A stretch of DNA of 26,274 nt. Origin: a virus. Each line of letters starts with the position of its first letter. The first letter of the stretch is position 1. The translations under genes and the position numbers were made by a program. The notes under the pieces are model-generated. The model had not been told where the DNA came from. It saw nothing but the letters and a program-made list of their open reading frames with translations, and ran no database searches. Shown here piece by piece: positions 8,462 to 16,868 of the stretch. The stretch is from the UHGV virus genome UHGV-0174150; one strand, 5' to 3'.

Positions 8462-8954
8462 ACGCTGCCTTGTCGGGACCGTGCTGGCTATTGCTGCCAC
8501 GCTGCCGGGTTTTCAGCAGCTTCACACCTCCGTGGAGGGGCTGAAACTGATTGCCGATTACGAAGGCTGTCGTCTGCAGCCGTATCAGTGCAGCGCGGGT
8601 GTCTGGACCGACGGCATTGGTAATACATCTGGCGTCATTCCCGGCAAAACCATTACGGAACGACAGGCAGCAGAAGGGCTTATCTCCAACGTGCTGCGTG
8701 TGGAGCGGTCACTGGAAAGGTGTGTGAAGCAACAGCCACCGCAGAAAGTGTATGACGCGGTGGTGTCGTTTGCCTTCAACGTGGGGACAGGCAATGCCTG
8801 CAGCTCCACGCTGGTGAAATTGCTCAATCAGCGGCGCTGGGCGGATGCGTGCCGACAGTTGCCGCGCTGGGTTTATGTAAAAGGTGTGTTTAATCAGGGG
8901 CTGGATAACCGCCGTGCGCGGGAGATGGCCTGGTGTTTACAGGGAGCAAACTGA
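8442..8954 (+). CDS. endolysin, T4-lysozyme-like glycosidase with N-terminal signal-arrest-release (SAR) type segment (occupies P2 K position)
   Basis: 170 aa; weakly hydrophobic Gly/Ala/Thr-rich N-terminus CLVGTVLAIAATLPG followed by EG..LQPY...GVWTDGIGNT, as in P1 Lyz / R21 SAR lysozymes. Confidence 0.8.
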   Translation: MNPSIVKRCLVGTVLAIAATLPGFQQLHTSVEGLKLIADYEGCRLQPYQCSAGVWTDGIGNTSGVIPGKTITERQAAEGLISNVLRVERSLERCVKQQPPQKVYDAVVSFAFNVGTGNACSSTLVKLLNQRRWADACRQLPRWVYVKGVFNQGLDNRRAREMAWCLQGAN

Positions 8955-8955
8955 A

Positions 8956-9333
8956 ATGAAAAAGAAATTAATCAGCGGACTGTTTCTGATGTTATGGATG
9001 GCGCTGTTAATCGCAGCAATGGTGTATCCGCAGGGGATCTTTCCGGTACTGGCAGCGTCCGGCGTTTGGGTAGCCTGTTTGCTGACATGGGCGGTAATTC
9101 CGGTAGCACTGGCTGCGTTAATTCAGAATGGCCCGCTCTGGCCCGAGTTCAGGGCATCTTTGCTCAAGACAATTCCCCGAAATCACAACGTATTTATCAG
9201 TTGGCTCCTGCGATTGCTGATTGTTGTAAGTCTCGCATGGACGGGGTGGGCTATTACCCTGGTCTTTTATCTACTGACCGTTATTGCCTTCTGGATCACC
9301 CGTAATCAGATGGCGCAACAGGTAGCAGCATGA
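8956..9333 (+). CDS. lysA: LysA-like lysis-timing membrane protein
   Basis: ATG at 8956 right after the endolysin stop; about 125 aa with multiple TMDs; P2 lysA position. Confidence 0.65.
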   Translation: MKKKLISGLFLMLWMALLIAAMVYPQGIFPVLAASGVWVACLLTWAVIPVALAALIQNGPLWPEFRASLLKTIPRNHNVFISWLLRLLIVVSLAWTGWAITLVFYLLTVIAFWITRNQMAQQVAA

Positions 9334-9758
9334 ACCGGTTGCTGCTGGTTGTGCTGGCGTTATTACTGGCGGCGCTGGGCTGGCAGACGTGGCGGCTGGC
9401 TGATGCCAGCCAGACCATCAGCACGCAGGCAAACGAGCTGCAGAGCAAAAGCCAGGCACTGGCAAAGAGCAACAGCCAGCTTATCAGCCTGTCCATTCTG
9501 ACTGAAACCAATAACCGGGAGCAGGCGCGGCTCTATGCCGAAGCAGAACAGACCAGCGCACAGCTGAGACAACGACAACGCCGGATCGAGGAACTGAAAC
9601 GTGAGAACGAGGATTTACGCCACTGGGCTGATACTCCTTTGCCTGCTGACATTATCCGGCTGCGGGAACGTCCGGCACTCACCGGAGGTGCAGCTTACCG
9701 TCAGTGGTTGTCCGCGAGTGACGCCGTGTCGGCTGGAGCAGGCAGCACCGCGCACTAA
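9330..9758 (+). CDS. lysB: LysB, Rz-like inner-membrane spanin
   Basis: 142 aa; N-terminal TMD then coiled-coil-like Gln/Arg/Glu-rich region; overlaps lysA stop (ATGA). Confidence 0.7.
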   Translation: MNRLLLVVLALLLAALGWQTWRLADASQTISTQANELQSKSQALAKSNSQLISLSILTETNNREQARLYAEAEQTSAQLRQRQRRIEELKRENEDLRHWADTPLPADIIRLRERPALTGGAAYRQWLSASDAVSAGAGSTAH

Positions 9759-9891
9759 CGGTGATCTGAATGCGTTGCTGGATGAAACGGAGGCCGCCTG
9801 GGCGGTCTGTGCAGACAAAGTGGACATGATTATTGCGTGTCAGGAGCGAAACAGTGAACAAACCACAATCCCTGCGCCACGCCCTCAATAA
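9601..9891 (+). CDS. lysC: LysC, Rz1-like outer-membrane lipoprotein spanin in an alternative frame overlapping lysB
   Basis: Lipobox LTLSGC after a signal-like N-terminus; Pro-rich; starts inside lysB in another frame and runs past its stop. Confidence 0.6.
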   Translation: MRTRIYATGLILLCLLTLSGCGNVRHSPEVQLTVSGCPRVTPCRLEQAAPRTNGDLNALLDETEAAWAVCADKVDMIIACQERNSEQTTIPAPRPQ

Positions 9892-10285
9892 AGCGGTGCC
9901 TTATGTCCGCAATAACCCGGACAAACTGCATCTGTTTGTGGATAACGGTTCGCTGGTTGCCACGGGGGCCAGCTCCATGTCATGGGAGTACCGCTACACC
10001 CTGAACGTGGTGATTGAGGATTTCAGCGGCGACCAGAATCTGCTGATGGCCCCGGTTTTGCTGTGGCTGCGTGATAACCAGCCCGATGCCATCAATAACC
10101 CGGCGTTACGGGAAAAGCTATTCACCTTTGAGGTGGATATTCTGCGCAACGATGTCTGTGATATCAGCCTCAACCTGCAACTGACGGAGCGTGTGCTGGT
10201 CAGCACTGACGGCAGTGTGTCGAGCGTTGAAGCTATAGCGGAACCTGATGAACCTGAAGAAATGTGGACGGTGAAACGTGGCTGA
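9833..10285 (+). CDS. R: tail completion protein (P2 R-like)
   Basis: Synteny and similarity to P2 gpR (from memory). True start may be the GTG at 9853. Confidence 0.8.
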   Translation: MRVRSETVNKPQSLRHALNKAVPYVRNNPDKLHLFVDNGSLVATGASSMSWEYRYTLNVVIEDFSGDQNLLMAPVLLWLRDNQPDAINNPALREKLFTFEVDILRNDVCDISLNLQLTERVLVSTDGSVSSVEAIAEPDEPEEMWTVKRG

Positions 10286-10724
10286 ACTGCAGAAGGTGGA
10301 CGACTGGCTGAGTGCCTTGCTGGCGAATCTGGAACCAGCCTCGAGAAGCCGCATGATGCGCCAGCTGGCGCAGGAACTTCGCCGGACACAGCAGCAGAAT
10401 ATCAGGATGCAGCGCAACCCTGACGGCAGCAGCTATGAACCGCGACGGGTAACAGCACGCAGTAAAAAAGGCCGTATCAAACGTCAGATGTTTGCAAAGC
10501 TGCGCACCACAAAATACCTGAAAACTGCCGCCAGCACCGACTCTGCCAGCGTGCAGTTTGAAGGCAAGGTGCAGCGCATTGCCCGCGTTCACCATTACGG
10601 CCTGCGAGATCGCGTCAGTCGTAAGGGACCGGAGGTGCGTTACGCAGAGCGTCGCCTTCTGGGTGTAAATGATGATGTTGAGGCAATGACCCGCGACATG
10701 ATTCTGCAATGGCTGGCGGGGTGA
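10278..10724 (+). CDS. S: tail completion protein (P2 S-like)
   Basis: 148 aa; overlaps R end; synteny. Confidence 0.8.
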   Translation: MAELQKVDDWLSALLANLEPASRSRMMRQLAQELRRTQQQNIRMQRNPDGSSYEPRRVTARSKKGRIKRQMFAKLRTTKYLKTAASTDSASVQFEGKVQRIARVHHYGLRDRVSRKGPEVRYAERRLLGVNDDVEAMTRDMILQWLAG

Positions 10725-10728
10725 TCTT

Positions 10729-10746
10729 TGTATCAGCACTGATACA
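10729..10746. promoter_or_regulatory. TGT-N12-ACA perfect dyad upstream of V; putative Ogr-dependent late promoter element, or a small hairpin
   Basis: TGTATCAgcacTGATACA read directly, 5 nt after the S stop. Centre is only about 55 bp upstream of the V ATG, so spacing to the coding start is tighter than at O and FI. Confidence 0.4.
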
Positions 10747-10792
10747 AGTTGCAGCACTGCCGCCTTTCTTCCCCTGATGGCAACCTTTCCCT

Positions 10793-11371
10793 ATGAACGC
10801 ACAATTAACCGAAATCATGCGCCTTATCACCAACCTGATCCGCACAGGGGTAGTCACCGAAGTGGACAGGGAAAACTGGCTTTGCCGGGTGAAAACGGGC
10901 GAGCTTGAAACCAACTGGATCAGCTGGCTGACGCTGCGTGCCGGGAATGCCCGTACATGGTGGCGACCATCGGAAGGTGAGCAGGTGGTGCTGCTGAGTC
11001 TGGGCGGCAATCTGGAAACCGCCTTTGCGCTGCCCGCTGTCTATTCGAATCAGTTCGCACCACCGTCGACGTCGGCGGACGCCTGCGTGACAGAACATCC
11101 TGACGGTGGCTGGTTTGAATACGAACCCGCCACCGGGCGCTGGTATGTCAGGGGCATCAAATCAATGGTCATTGAGGCTGCTGACAACATCACCATGAAA
11201 ACCAGTGAGTTTGTACTGGAGGCTGACCGCACGCGCATTAACAGCGAAGTGGTGATCAATGGTGGCGTTACCCAGGGCGGCGGAGCGATGAGTTCTAACG
11301 GGATCGTGGTTGATGCGCATCAGCATACTGGCGTCCTGAAAGGCGGCGATACAACCGGAGGCCCGGTATGA
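10793..11371 (+). CDS. V: baseplate spike protein (P2 V-like)
   Basis: 192 aa; N-terminus aligns to P2 gpV (from memory); synteny. Confidence 0.85.
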   Translation: MNAQLTEIMRLITNLIRTGVVTEVDRENWLCRVKTGELETNWISWLTLRAGNARTWWRPSEGEQVVLLSLGGNLETAFALPAVYSNQFAPPSTSADACVTEHPDGGWFEYEPATGRWYVRGIKSMVIEAADNITMKTSEFVLEADRTRINSEVVINGGVTQGGGAMSSNGIVVDAHQHTGVLKGGDTTGGPV

Positions 11372-11727
11372 CGCTTTATAGCGGGATGAACAATACCAGC
11401 GGCAAAGTCATTACTGATATTGATCATCTGCGCCAGTCGGTGCGGGACATTCTGCTGACACCGCAGGGTAGCCGTATTGCCCGCCGGGAATATGGTTCCC
11501 TGCTGTCGGCACTGATAGATCAGCCACAAAATCCGGCATTACGCCTGCAGGTCATGTCGGCAGTGTATGTGGCGCTGAGTCGCTGGGAGCCACGGTTGAC
11601 GCTGGATTCCATCACCATCAACAGCAATTTTGACGGTTCAATGGTGGTGGAGCTGACCGGGCGGCGGAATAACGGTGTGCCTGTGTCCCTTTCCGTATCA
11701 ACAGGAGCAGAGAATGGCAGTGATTGA
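11368..11727 (+). CDS. W: baseplate wedge protein (P2 W-like, gp25 family)
   Basis: 119 aa; overlaps V stop (ATGA); synteny. Confidence 0.85.
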   Translation: MTLYSGMNNTSGKVITDIDHLRQSVRDILLTPQGSRIARREYGSLLSALIDQPQNPALRLQVMSAVYVALSRWEPRLTLDSITINSNFDGSMVVELTGRRNNGVPVSLSVSTGAENGSD

Positions 11728-12622
11728 CCTTTCGCAGTTGCCTGCACCGCAGATTGTGGATGTGCCGGACTTTGAGACGCTGCTTGCCGAACGCAAGGCA
11801 GAATTTGTGGCGCTTCATCCGAAAGATGAGCAGGAAGCAGTGATCCGCACGCTGGAACTGGAATCTGAACCCGCCACTAAATTGTTGCAGGAGAACGCTT
11901 ACCGTGAGTTGCTTCTGCGCCAGCGCATTAACGAAGCCGCGCAGGCGGTGATGGTGGCTTACGCGATGGGCGGCGATCTTGACCAGCTCGCTGCCAACTA
12001 CAACGTGACACGCCTGACGGTGACGCCTGCTGATAATGATGCTGTGCCGCCCGTTGCAGCTGTGATGGAAAGCGATGAAGCGTTACGCCTGCGTGTGCCT
12101 GCAGCCTTTGAGGGGCTTTCAGTTGCGGGGCCAACTGCAGCTTATGAATTTCATGCCCGAAGCGCCGACGGTCGGGTGGCGGATGCCAGTGCAACCAGTC
12201 CGGCACCTGCAGAGGTGGTGCTGACAGTCCTTAGCCGCGAAGGCGACGGAACAGCAGAAAAAGACCTGCTGGATGTGGTGGAAAAAGCCCTGAACAGTGA
12301 GAACGTCCGCCCGGTGGCTGACCGTCTGACGGTTCGCAGTGCAGAAATCATCCCGTACCGTGTGGAAGCCACCATTTTTCTCTATCCGGGACCGGAAGCG
12401 GAGCCGGTAATGGCAGCGGCAAAAGCCAGCCTGCAGAAGTACATCGCCAGTCAGACGCGGCTTGGTCGGGATATTCGCCGTAGTGCCATTTTTGCCGCGC
12501 TGCATGTTGAGGGGGTTCAACGTGTGGAGCTGGCTTCACCGCTGGCGGATGTGGTCCTGAACAAAACACAGGCCGCATCATGTACGCAGTGGAGCGTAAC
12601 CAACGGAGGAACGGATGAATAG
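11714..12622 (+). CDS. J: baseplate protein (P2 J-like)
   Basis: ATG at 11714 after GGAG; about 302 aa; terminates with TAG at 12620-12622, overlapping the I start. Confidence 0.85.
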   Translation: MAVIDLSQLPAPQIVDVPDFETLLAERKAEFVALHPKDEQEAVIRTLELESEPATKLLQENAYRELLLRQRINEAAQAVMVAYAMGGDLDQLAANYNVTRLTVTPADNDAVPPVAAVMESDEALRLRVPAAFEGLSVAGPTAAYEFHARSADGRVADASATSPAPAEVVLTVLSREGDGTAEKDLLDVVEKALNSENVRPVADRLTVRSAEIIPYRVEATIFLYPGPEAEPVMAAAKASLQKYIASQTRLGRDIRRSAIFAALHVEGVQRVELASPLADVVLNKTQAASCTQWSVTNGGTDE

Positions 12623-13220
12623 TCTGCTGCCACCGGGTTCAACTTCACTGGAGCGCCGACTGGCGCAAACCTGCAGCGGGATTTCTGATCTGCAGGTGCC
12701 GCTTCGTGACTTGTGGAATCCGGCAACCTGTCCGGTCAGTTTCCTGCCTTATCTCGCCTGGGCGTTCTCTGTGGATCGCTGGGACGAGGGCTGGACAGAA
12801 AGCGTCAAACGCCAGGTAGTGAAGGATGCTTTTTATATTCATCAGCACAAAGGAACCACCAGTGCCGTACGGCGGGTGGTGGAGCCGTTCGGCTTCCTGA
12901 TCCGCATTATTGAGTGGTGGCAGACCGGAGAAACACCGGGCACGTTTCGCCTGGATATCGGCGTGCAGGACCAGGGCATCACTGAAGATACCTATCTGGA
13001 ACTTGAGCGGCTGATAAGCGATGCCAAACCATGTAGCCGTCACATGATCGGCATGTCCATCAATCTGCAGACCAGCGGTCCGCATTGGGTGGGGGCCGCC
13101 AGCTATCTTGGCGAAGAAATCACGATCTATCCGTATATCAACGAAACAATTATTTCCGGCGGCACCGCGCATGAAGGCGGGGCGGTCCATGTTATTGACA
13201 CAATGAGAGTGAATCCATGA
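12615..13220 (+). CDS. I: baseplate protein (P2 I-like)
   Basis: 201 aa; synteny between J and H. Confidence 0.8.
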   Translation: MNSLLPPGSTSLERRLAQTCSGISDLQVPLRDLWNPATCPVSFLPYLAWAFSVDRWDEGWTESVKRQVVKDAFYIHQHKGTTSAVRRVVEPFGFLIRIIEWWQTGETPGTFRLDIGVQDQGITEDTYLELERLISDAKPCSRHMIGMSINLQTSGPHWVGAASYLGEEITIYPYINETIISGGTAHEGGAVHVIDTMRVNP

Positions 13221-15580
13221 GCACAAAATTTTATACCCTGCTGACGGATATTGGCGCGGCGAAACTTGCCAGCGCCGCCGCGATCGGTGTGCCGCTAAAA
13301 ATTACCCATATGGCGGTGGGCGATGGCGGCGGAGCATTGCCGACGCCGGACGCAAAGCAGACGGCACTGGTAAATGAGAAACGCCGGGCTGCGCTGAATA
13401 TGCTCTATATCGACCCGCAGAACAGCAGCCAGATTATTGCTGAACAGGTGATCCCTGAAAATGAGGGTGGTTGGTGGATACGTGAAGTGGGTCTGTTTGA
13501 TGAGTCCGGGGCATTGATTGCCGTGGGCAACTGCCCGGAAAGCTATAAGCCGCAACTGGCTGAAGGCAGCGGGCGTACCCAGACCGTGCGCATGGTGCTG
13601 ATTACCAGCAGCACGGACAATATCACCCTGAAAATCGACCCTGCTGTAGTGCTGGCAACCCGCAAGTATGTGGATGACAAGGCACTGGAGCTGAAGGTGT
13701 ACGTGGATGACCTGATGGCAAAACATCTTGCCGCGCCGGACCCGCATTCACAGTATGCACCCAAAGAAAGTCCAACGTTTACCGGAACCCCCAAAGCGCC
13801 AACGCCAGCGGCGGGGAATAATACCACGCAGCTTGCGACCACCGCGTTTGTACAGGCGGCACTGACGGCCCTTATTAATGGTGCGCCAGCCACGCTGGAC
13901 ACGCTGAAAGAAATAGCCGCAGCCATTAACAATGATCCGAATTTCAGTACCACCATTAACAATGTGCTGGCACTAAAAGCACCGTTGTCGAGTCCGGCAC
14001 TCACCGGAACGCCAACAGCCCCCACGGCGGCACAGTCGGTCAACAATACACAGATTGCCACTACGGCTTTTGTGAAATCGGCGATTGCGGCAATGGTGGG
14101 TTCTGCACCTGCGGCACTGGATACACTGAACGAACTGGCGGCGGCGCTGGGGAATGACCCGAACTTTGCCACGACAATGCTTAATGCACTGGCAGGTAAA
14201 CAACCGCTGGACAATACGCTGACTAATTTGAGTGGAAAGGATGTAGCTGGTCTTCTCGCATACCTTGGTATTTCAGCGCCAGGCGGCGCAGGGTCAGTTG
14301 GATATAAATTAAATGCAGAGAATACAGTCTCACGAACTGCATACGATAATTTTTCTGACCGAATTAATGCCGGAGACTTTGGTATTAAGGGTGATGGGAT
14401 AGCTGATAATGCTGCTGCGATAACCAAGGCATGTGCTGCATTGCAGAAACTGTACGAAATTGATGGAATCCGTCGCACATTGGTATTTACAGATGGGTCA
14501 TATCGCACATCGGCCACAATTGTTGTTCATGCAAATATGCTTATTCATTGCGAGGGGGGGGTTGTATTCCAGAATATCGGGGCAGTAAAAACCTTTGCAG
14601 CGGTGGAGCTTCAGGGCGGATCCAAGAAAAGCGTACTCGGCACTATGGACGGGTACGGTAGCGCCATCCTCATCAGGGGTAGCACTCATACTGTCGAATT
14701 TCAGACAATCAGTAACTGCGTAGATGGGGTGATTTTCAGGGCTGACAACAACTGGGCATCCACGAAAAGCAGCCTGGATAATGTGGTTCGTGGTGTTCAA
14801 ATTGGCAAATGTACTAACGCTATCGTGTTTGAGCAGAACGCTAATAATCTTGTGCAACAGGGCAATGAAGTTCGTGTCAACTTTGTGTCTGAAACCCCTA
14901 ACACACTGCTTTTCAGAAACTTCGATGGATTTGTCCACACAGAGGAATCTAACTGGGATAGTAACTTCGTAGAGCTGATAGCGAGTGACCCAATAACGCT
15001 GCCAGATTCATCTATGGCTAGGAACTCTACCCCCCATAGCGTATCAAACCTGACAATGGCGGTTAAATCATGGTGCGGAGGTTGGGTGCCCGATGCAGGC
15101 TCCATGTGCCTGATTAGAGGTGCGTTCAGTACCAGTACGTTCGAGTTCAATCTGGCCCAACGAGTAGGCTTAAACGAGGTTGTGGATGCCGTCGGCGTTA
15201 ATTCATTTGGTTCGTGTATTTTACGAAATACTCGTTATGAGAATTTAGGTAATTCAATATCTTATATCGGCGTTACTACTGGCGCTGAGTTCAATAGTGG
15301 TTTAGCCCTTTTCCGTAGTAAGTTCCGAGTCAGATTTACCGTGGTACCTCTGGCCGCAGGCCAAACGTACGGACTGTCTTTTAAGCATGTGCTGAGCCAG
15401 CGCTCAAATACAGGCAGGATGCGGATCGTACAATACTCGGATACAGCCAGGGGCAAGCTCTTGATTGAGGTTCGTGATGCGGGTACTGAGACGCAGGGCC
15501 TGGTGCGGGTGTGGTTCACAAATTTAACTCAGACAACTACGTCCACAATGGACGTAGAAATTATTTTTGAAGCTGAATAA
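13217..15580 (+). CDS. H: tail fibre / tailspike, mosaic: P2 H-like N-terminal half joined to an AT-rich C-terminal module with a pectate-lyase-superfamily-like motif
   Basis: N-terminal roughly 335 aa match P2 gpH including the NSPALTGTP...NDPNFATTM...AGKQP repeat region. After about nt 14220 composition turns AT-rich and the protein carries DFGIKGDGIADNAAAI, like the start of beta-helix depolymerase tailspikes. Confidence 0.85.
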   Translation: MSTKFYTLLTDIGAAKLASAAAIGVPLKITHMAVGDGGGALPTPDAKQTALVNEKRRAALNMLYIDPQNSSQIIAEQVIPENEGGWWIREVGLFDESGALIAVGNCPESYKPQLAEGSGRTQTVRMVLITSSTDNITLKIDPAVVLATRKYVDDKALELKVYVDDLMAKHLAAPDPHSQYAPKESPTFTGTPKAPTPAAGNNTTQLATTAFVQAALTALINGAPATLDTLKEIAAAINNDPNFSTTINNVLALKAPLSSPALTGTPTAPTAAQSVNNTQIATTAFVKSAIAAMVGSAPAALDTLNELAAALGNDPNFATTMLNALAGKQPLDNTLTNLSGKDVAGLLAYLGISAPGGAGSVGYKLNAENTVSRTAYDNFSDRINAGDFGIKGDGIADNAAAITKACAALQKLYEIDGIRRTLVFTDGSYRTSATIVVHANMLIHCEGGVVFQNIGAVKTFAAVELQGGSKKSVLGTMDGYGSAILIRGSTHTVEFQTISNCVDGVIFRADNNWASTKSSLDNVVRGVQIGKCTNAIVFEQNANNLVQQGNEVRVNFVSETPNTLLFRNFDGFVHTEESNWDSNFVELIASDPITLPDSSMARNSTPHSVSNLTMAVKSWCGGWVPDAGSMCLIRGAFSTSTFEFNLAQRVGLNEVVDAVGVNSFGSCILRNTRYENLGNSISYIGVTTGAEFNSGLALFRSKFRVRFTVVPLAAGQTYGLSFKHVLSQRSNTGRMRIVQYSDTARGKLLIEVRDAGTETQGLVRVWFTNLTQTTTSTMDVEIIFEAE
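13769..14215 (+). repeat. two tandem ~74-codon tail-fibre repeat units inside H
   Basis: SPTFTGTPKAPT...NDPNFSTTINNVLALKAPL directly followed by SPALTGTPTAPT...NDPNFATTMLNALAGKQPL; unit boundaries approximate. Confidence 0.55.
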
Positions 15581-15589
15581 GGGTCACCA

Positions 15590-15817
15590 ATGACACTGGA
15601 AGAATTAAAAGCCGACAAAGCTGAAACACTGGCAAAAGCGAATGCATTGACATCATACATTCAGTCAGATGATTTTCATCTGGCTGGGCATAGCCCAGCT
15701 GAGCAGCATTACATGAAAAAGCGGGAGGCGGCATTGCTGGAATATCATATGCAACTGACCCACCAAATCGCAGTGATTGAAAACCCATCCGGCGTGCCAC
15801 TCACTCTCACTGAATAA
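15590..15817 (+). CDS. hypothetical small protein (75 aa) at the position of the P2 tail-fibre assembly gene G; possibly a chaperone remnant
   Basis: Starts 9 nt after the H stop; AT-rich; much shorter than P2 G (about 175 aa); only vague resemblance to Tfa C-termini. Confidence 0.4.
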   Translation: MTLEELKADKAETLAKANALTSYIQSDDFHLAGHSPAEQHYMKKREAALLEYHMQLTHQIAVIENPSGVPLTLTE

Positions 15818-15863
15818 TGTGCGAACATTCGACCATTAATGGAACCTAACGGAGAAGTTTAAC

Positions 15864-16163
15864 GTGGATATATCCCCATTTCTTCATACTTGTGCCGCTG
15901 TACTTATCCAAGCGTTTTTTGGTTACTTTTTTGGTAGGTGGGGGTATGGCGGCATTATTGGCTGCGTGTGGTTTATTGCTCGTGAACAAACGCAGGCTGA
16001 ATATCGATGGATAGCCGAGTTCGGCCACGGAAAGCGGATCAACATGCCGTGGTGGGGAGGTTTCGATATCAGGGTGTGGAATGTTGGAAGCATGCTTGAT
16101 TTCCTGGTGCCGGTAATAGTCTGTTCCCTGGTGTATGCCTGCGTGGTGTATCGGCAGGCATAG
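15864..16163 (+). CDS. hypothetical Trp/Gly-rich small membrane protein (99 aa)
   Basis: GTG start with GGAGAAG 6 nt upstream; hydrophobic N- and C-terminal segments. A 126-codon antisense ORF (15846-16226) overlaps it fully and I judge that one less likely. Confidence 0.4.
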   Translation: MDISPFLHTCAAVLIQAFFGYFFGRWGYGGIIGCVWFIAREQTQAEYRWIAEFGHGKRINMPWWGGFDIRVWNVGSMLDFLVPVIVCSLVYACVVYRQA

Positions 16164-16247
16164 CGTCATGATAATCACCAATCGAACGTTTAAGAAAATG
16201 AAGAGATAACGGCTAACTGGCATCATTTCCGGTTTCTATTCAGGGGG

Positions 16248-16820
16248 ATGATCATGCTTATTGGATATGTACGCGTGTCAACAAATGACCAGAACACCGA
16301 TTTGCAACGCAATGCGCTGAACTGCGCGGGATGTGAGCGGATTTTTGAGGATAAAATCAGTGGCACTAAGTCCGACAGACCGGGGCTGAAAAAACTGCTC
16401 AGGACACTATCGGCAGGAGACACGCTGGTTGTCTGGAAGCTGGACAGGTTGGGGCGCAGTATGCGGCATCTTGTTACGCTGATAGAGGAGTTGCGCCAGC
16501 GTGGTGTGAATTTCCGAAGCCTGACTGACAGTATTGATACCAGTACCCCAATGGGCCGTTTCTTTTTTCATGTCATGGGTGCCCTGGCTGAAATGGAACG
16601 CGAACTGATAGTTGAACGTACCAGGGCAGGGCTGGCTGCAGCTCGTGCCAAAGGCAGAGTAGGTGGACGCCGTCCTAAGTTGACCACCGAACAGTGGGCA
16701 CAGATTGGGCGTTTACTCGAGGCCGGAGAATCAAGACAGCGTATTGCACTGATTTTTGATGTGGGTGTTTCCACAATTTATAGAAAATTTCCGGCAAATA
16801 AGAGTAATGAATCCCCCTGA
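16248..16820 (+). CDS. serine recombinase, Hin/Gin/Pin/Cin-family DNA invertase
   Basis: N-terminal LIGYVRVSTNDQ..DLQ catalytic motif, VVWKLDRLGRS, MGRFFFHVMGALAEMERELIVERT, and C-terminal HTH (GVSTIYRKF). Probable true start is the ATG at 16254 (MLIGY). Confidence 0.9.
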   Translation: MIMLIGYVRVSTNDQNTDLQRNALNCAGCERIFEDKISGTKSDRPGLKKLLRTLSAGDTLVVWKLDRLGRSMRHLVTLIEELRQRGVNFRSLTDSIDTSTPMGRFFFHVMGALAEMERELIVERTRAGLAAARAKGRVGGRRPKLTTEQWAQIGRLLEAGESRQRIALIFDVGVSTIYRKFPANKSNESP

Positions 16821-16868
16821 ATCAGCATTATTTTGATTATCCCTGCAAGCAGACAAATACCGTCATTT

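Noticed and set aside
13543-14517. 324-codon antisense ORF inside tail-fibre gene H; similar long antisense ORFs at 20571-21614 inside T, 22606-23259 inside D, 3440-4084 inside P and 5220-5675 inside O
   Set aside because: They lie entirely within well-supported, GC-rich sense genes, have low-complexity Ala/Ser/Arg-rich translations and no ribosome-binding sites; typical antisense artefacts of GC-rich coding DNA.
16180-16247. hix/gix-like crossover site immediately upstream of the invertase
   Set aside because: Only a half-site-like GGTTTCTATTCA and a short AACGTT palindrome were found; no convincing 26-bp dyad with a central 2-bp core.
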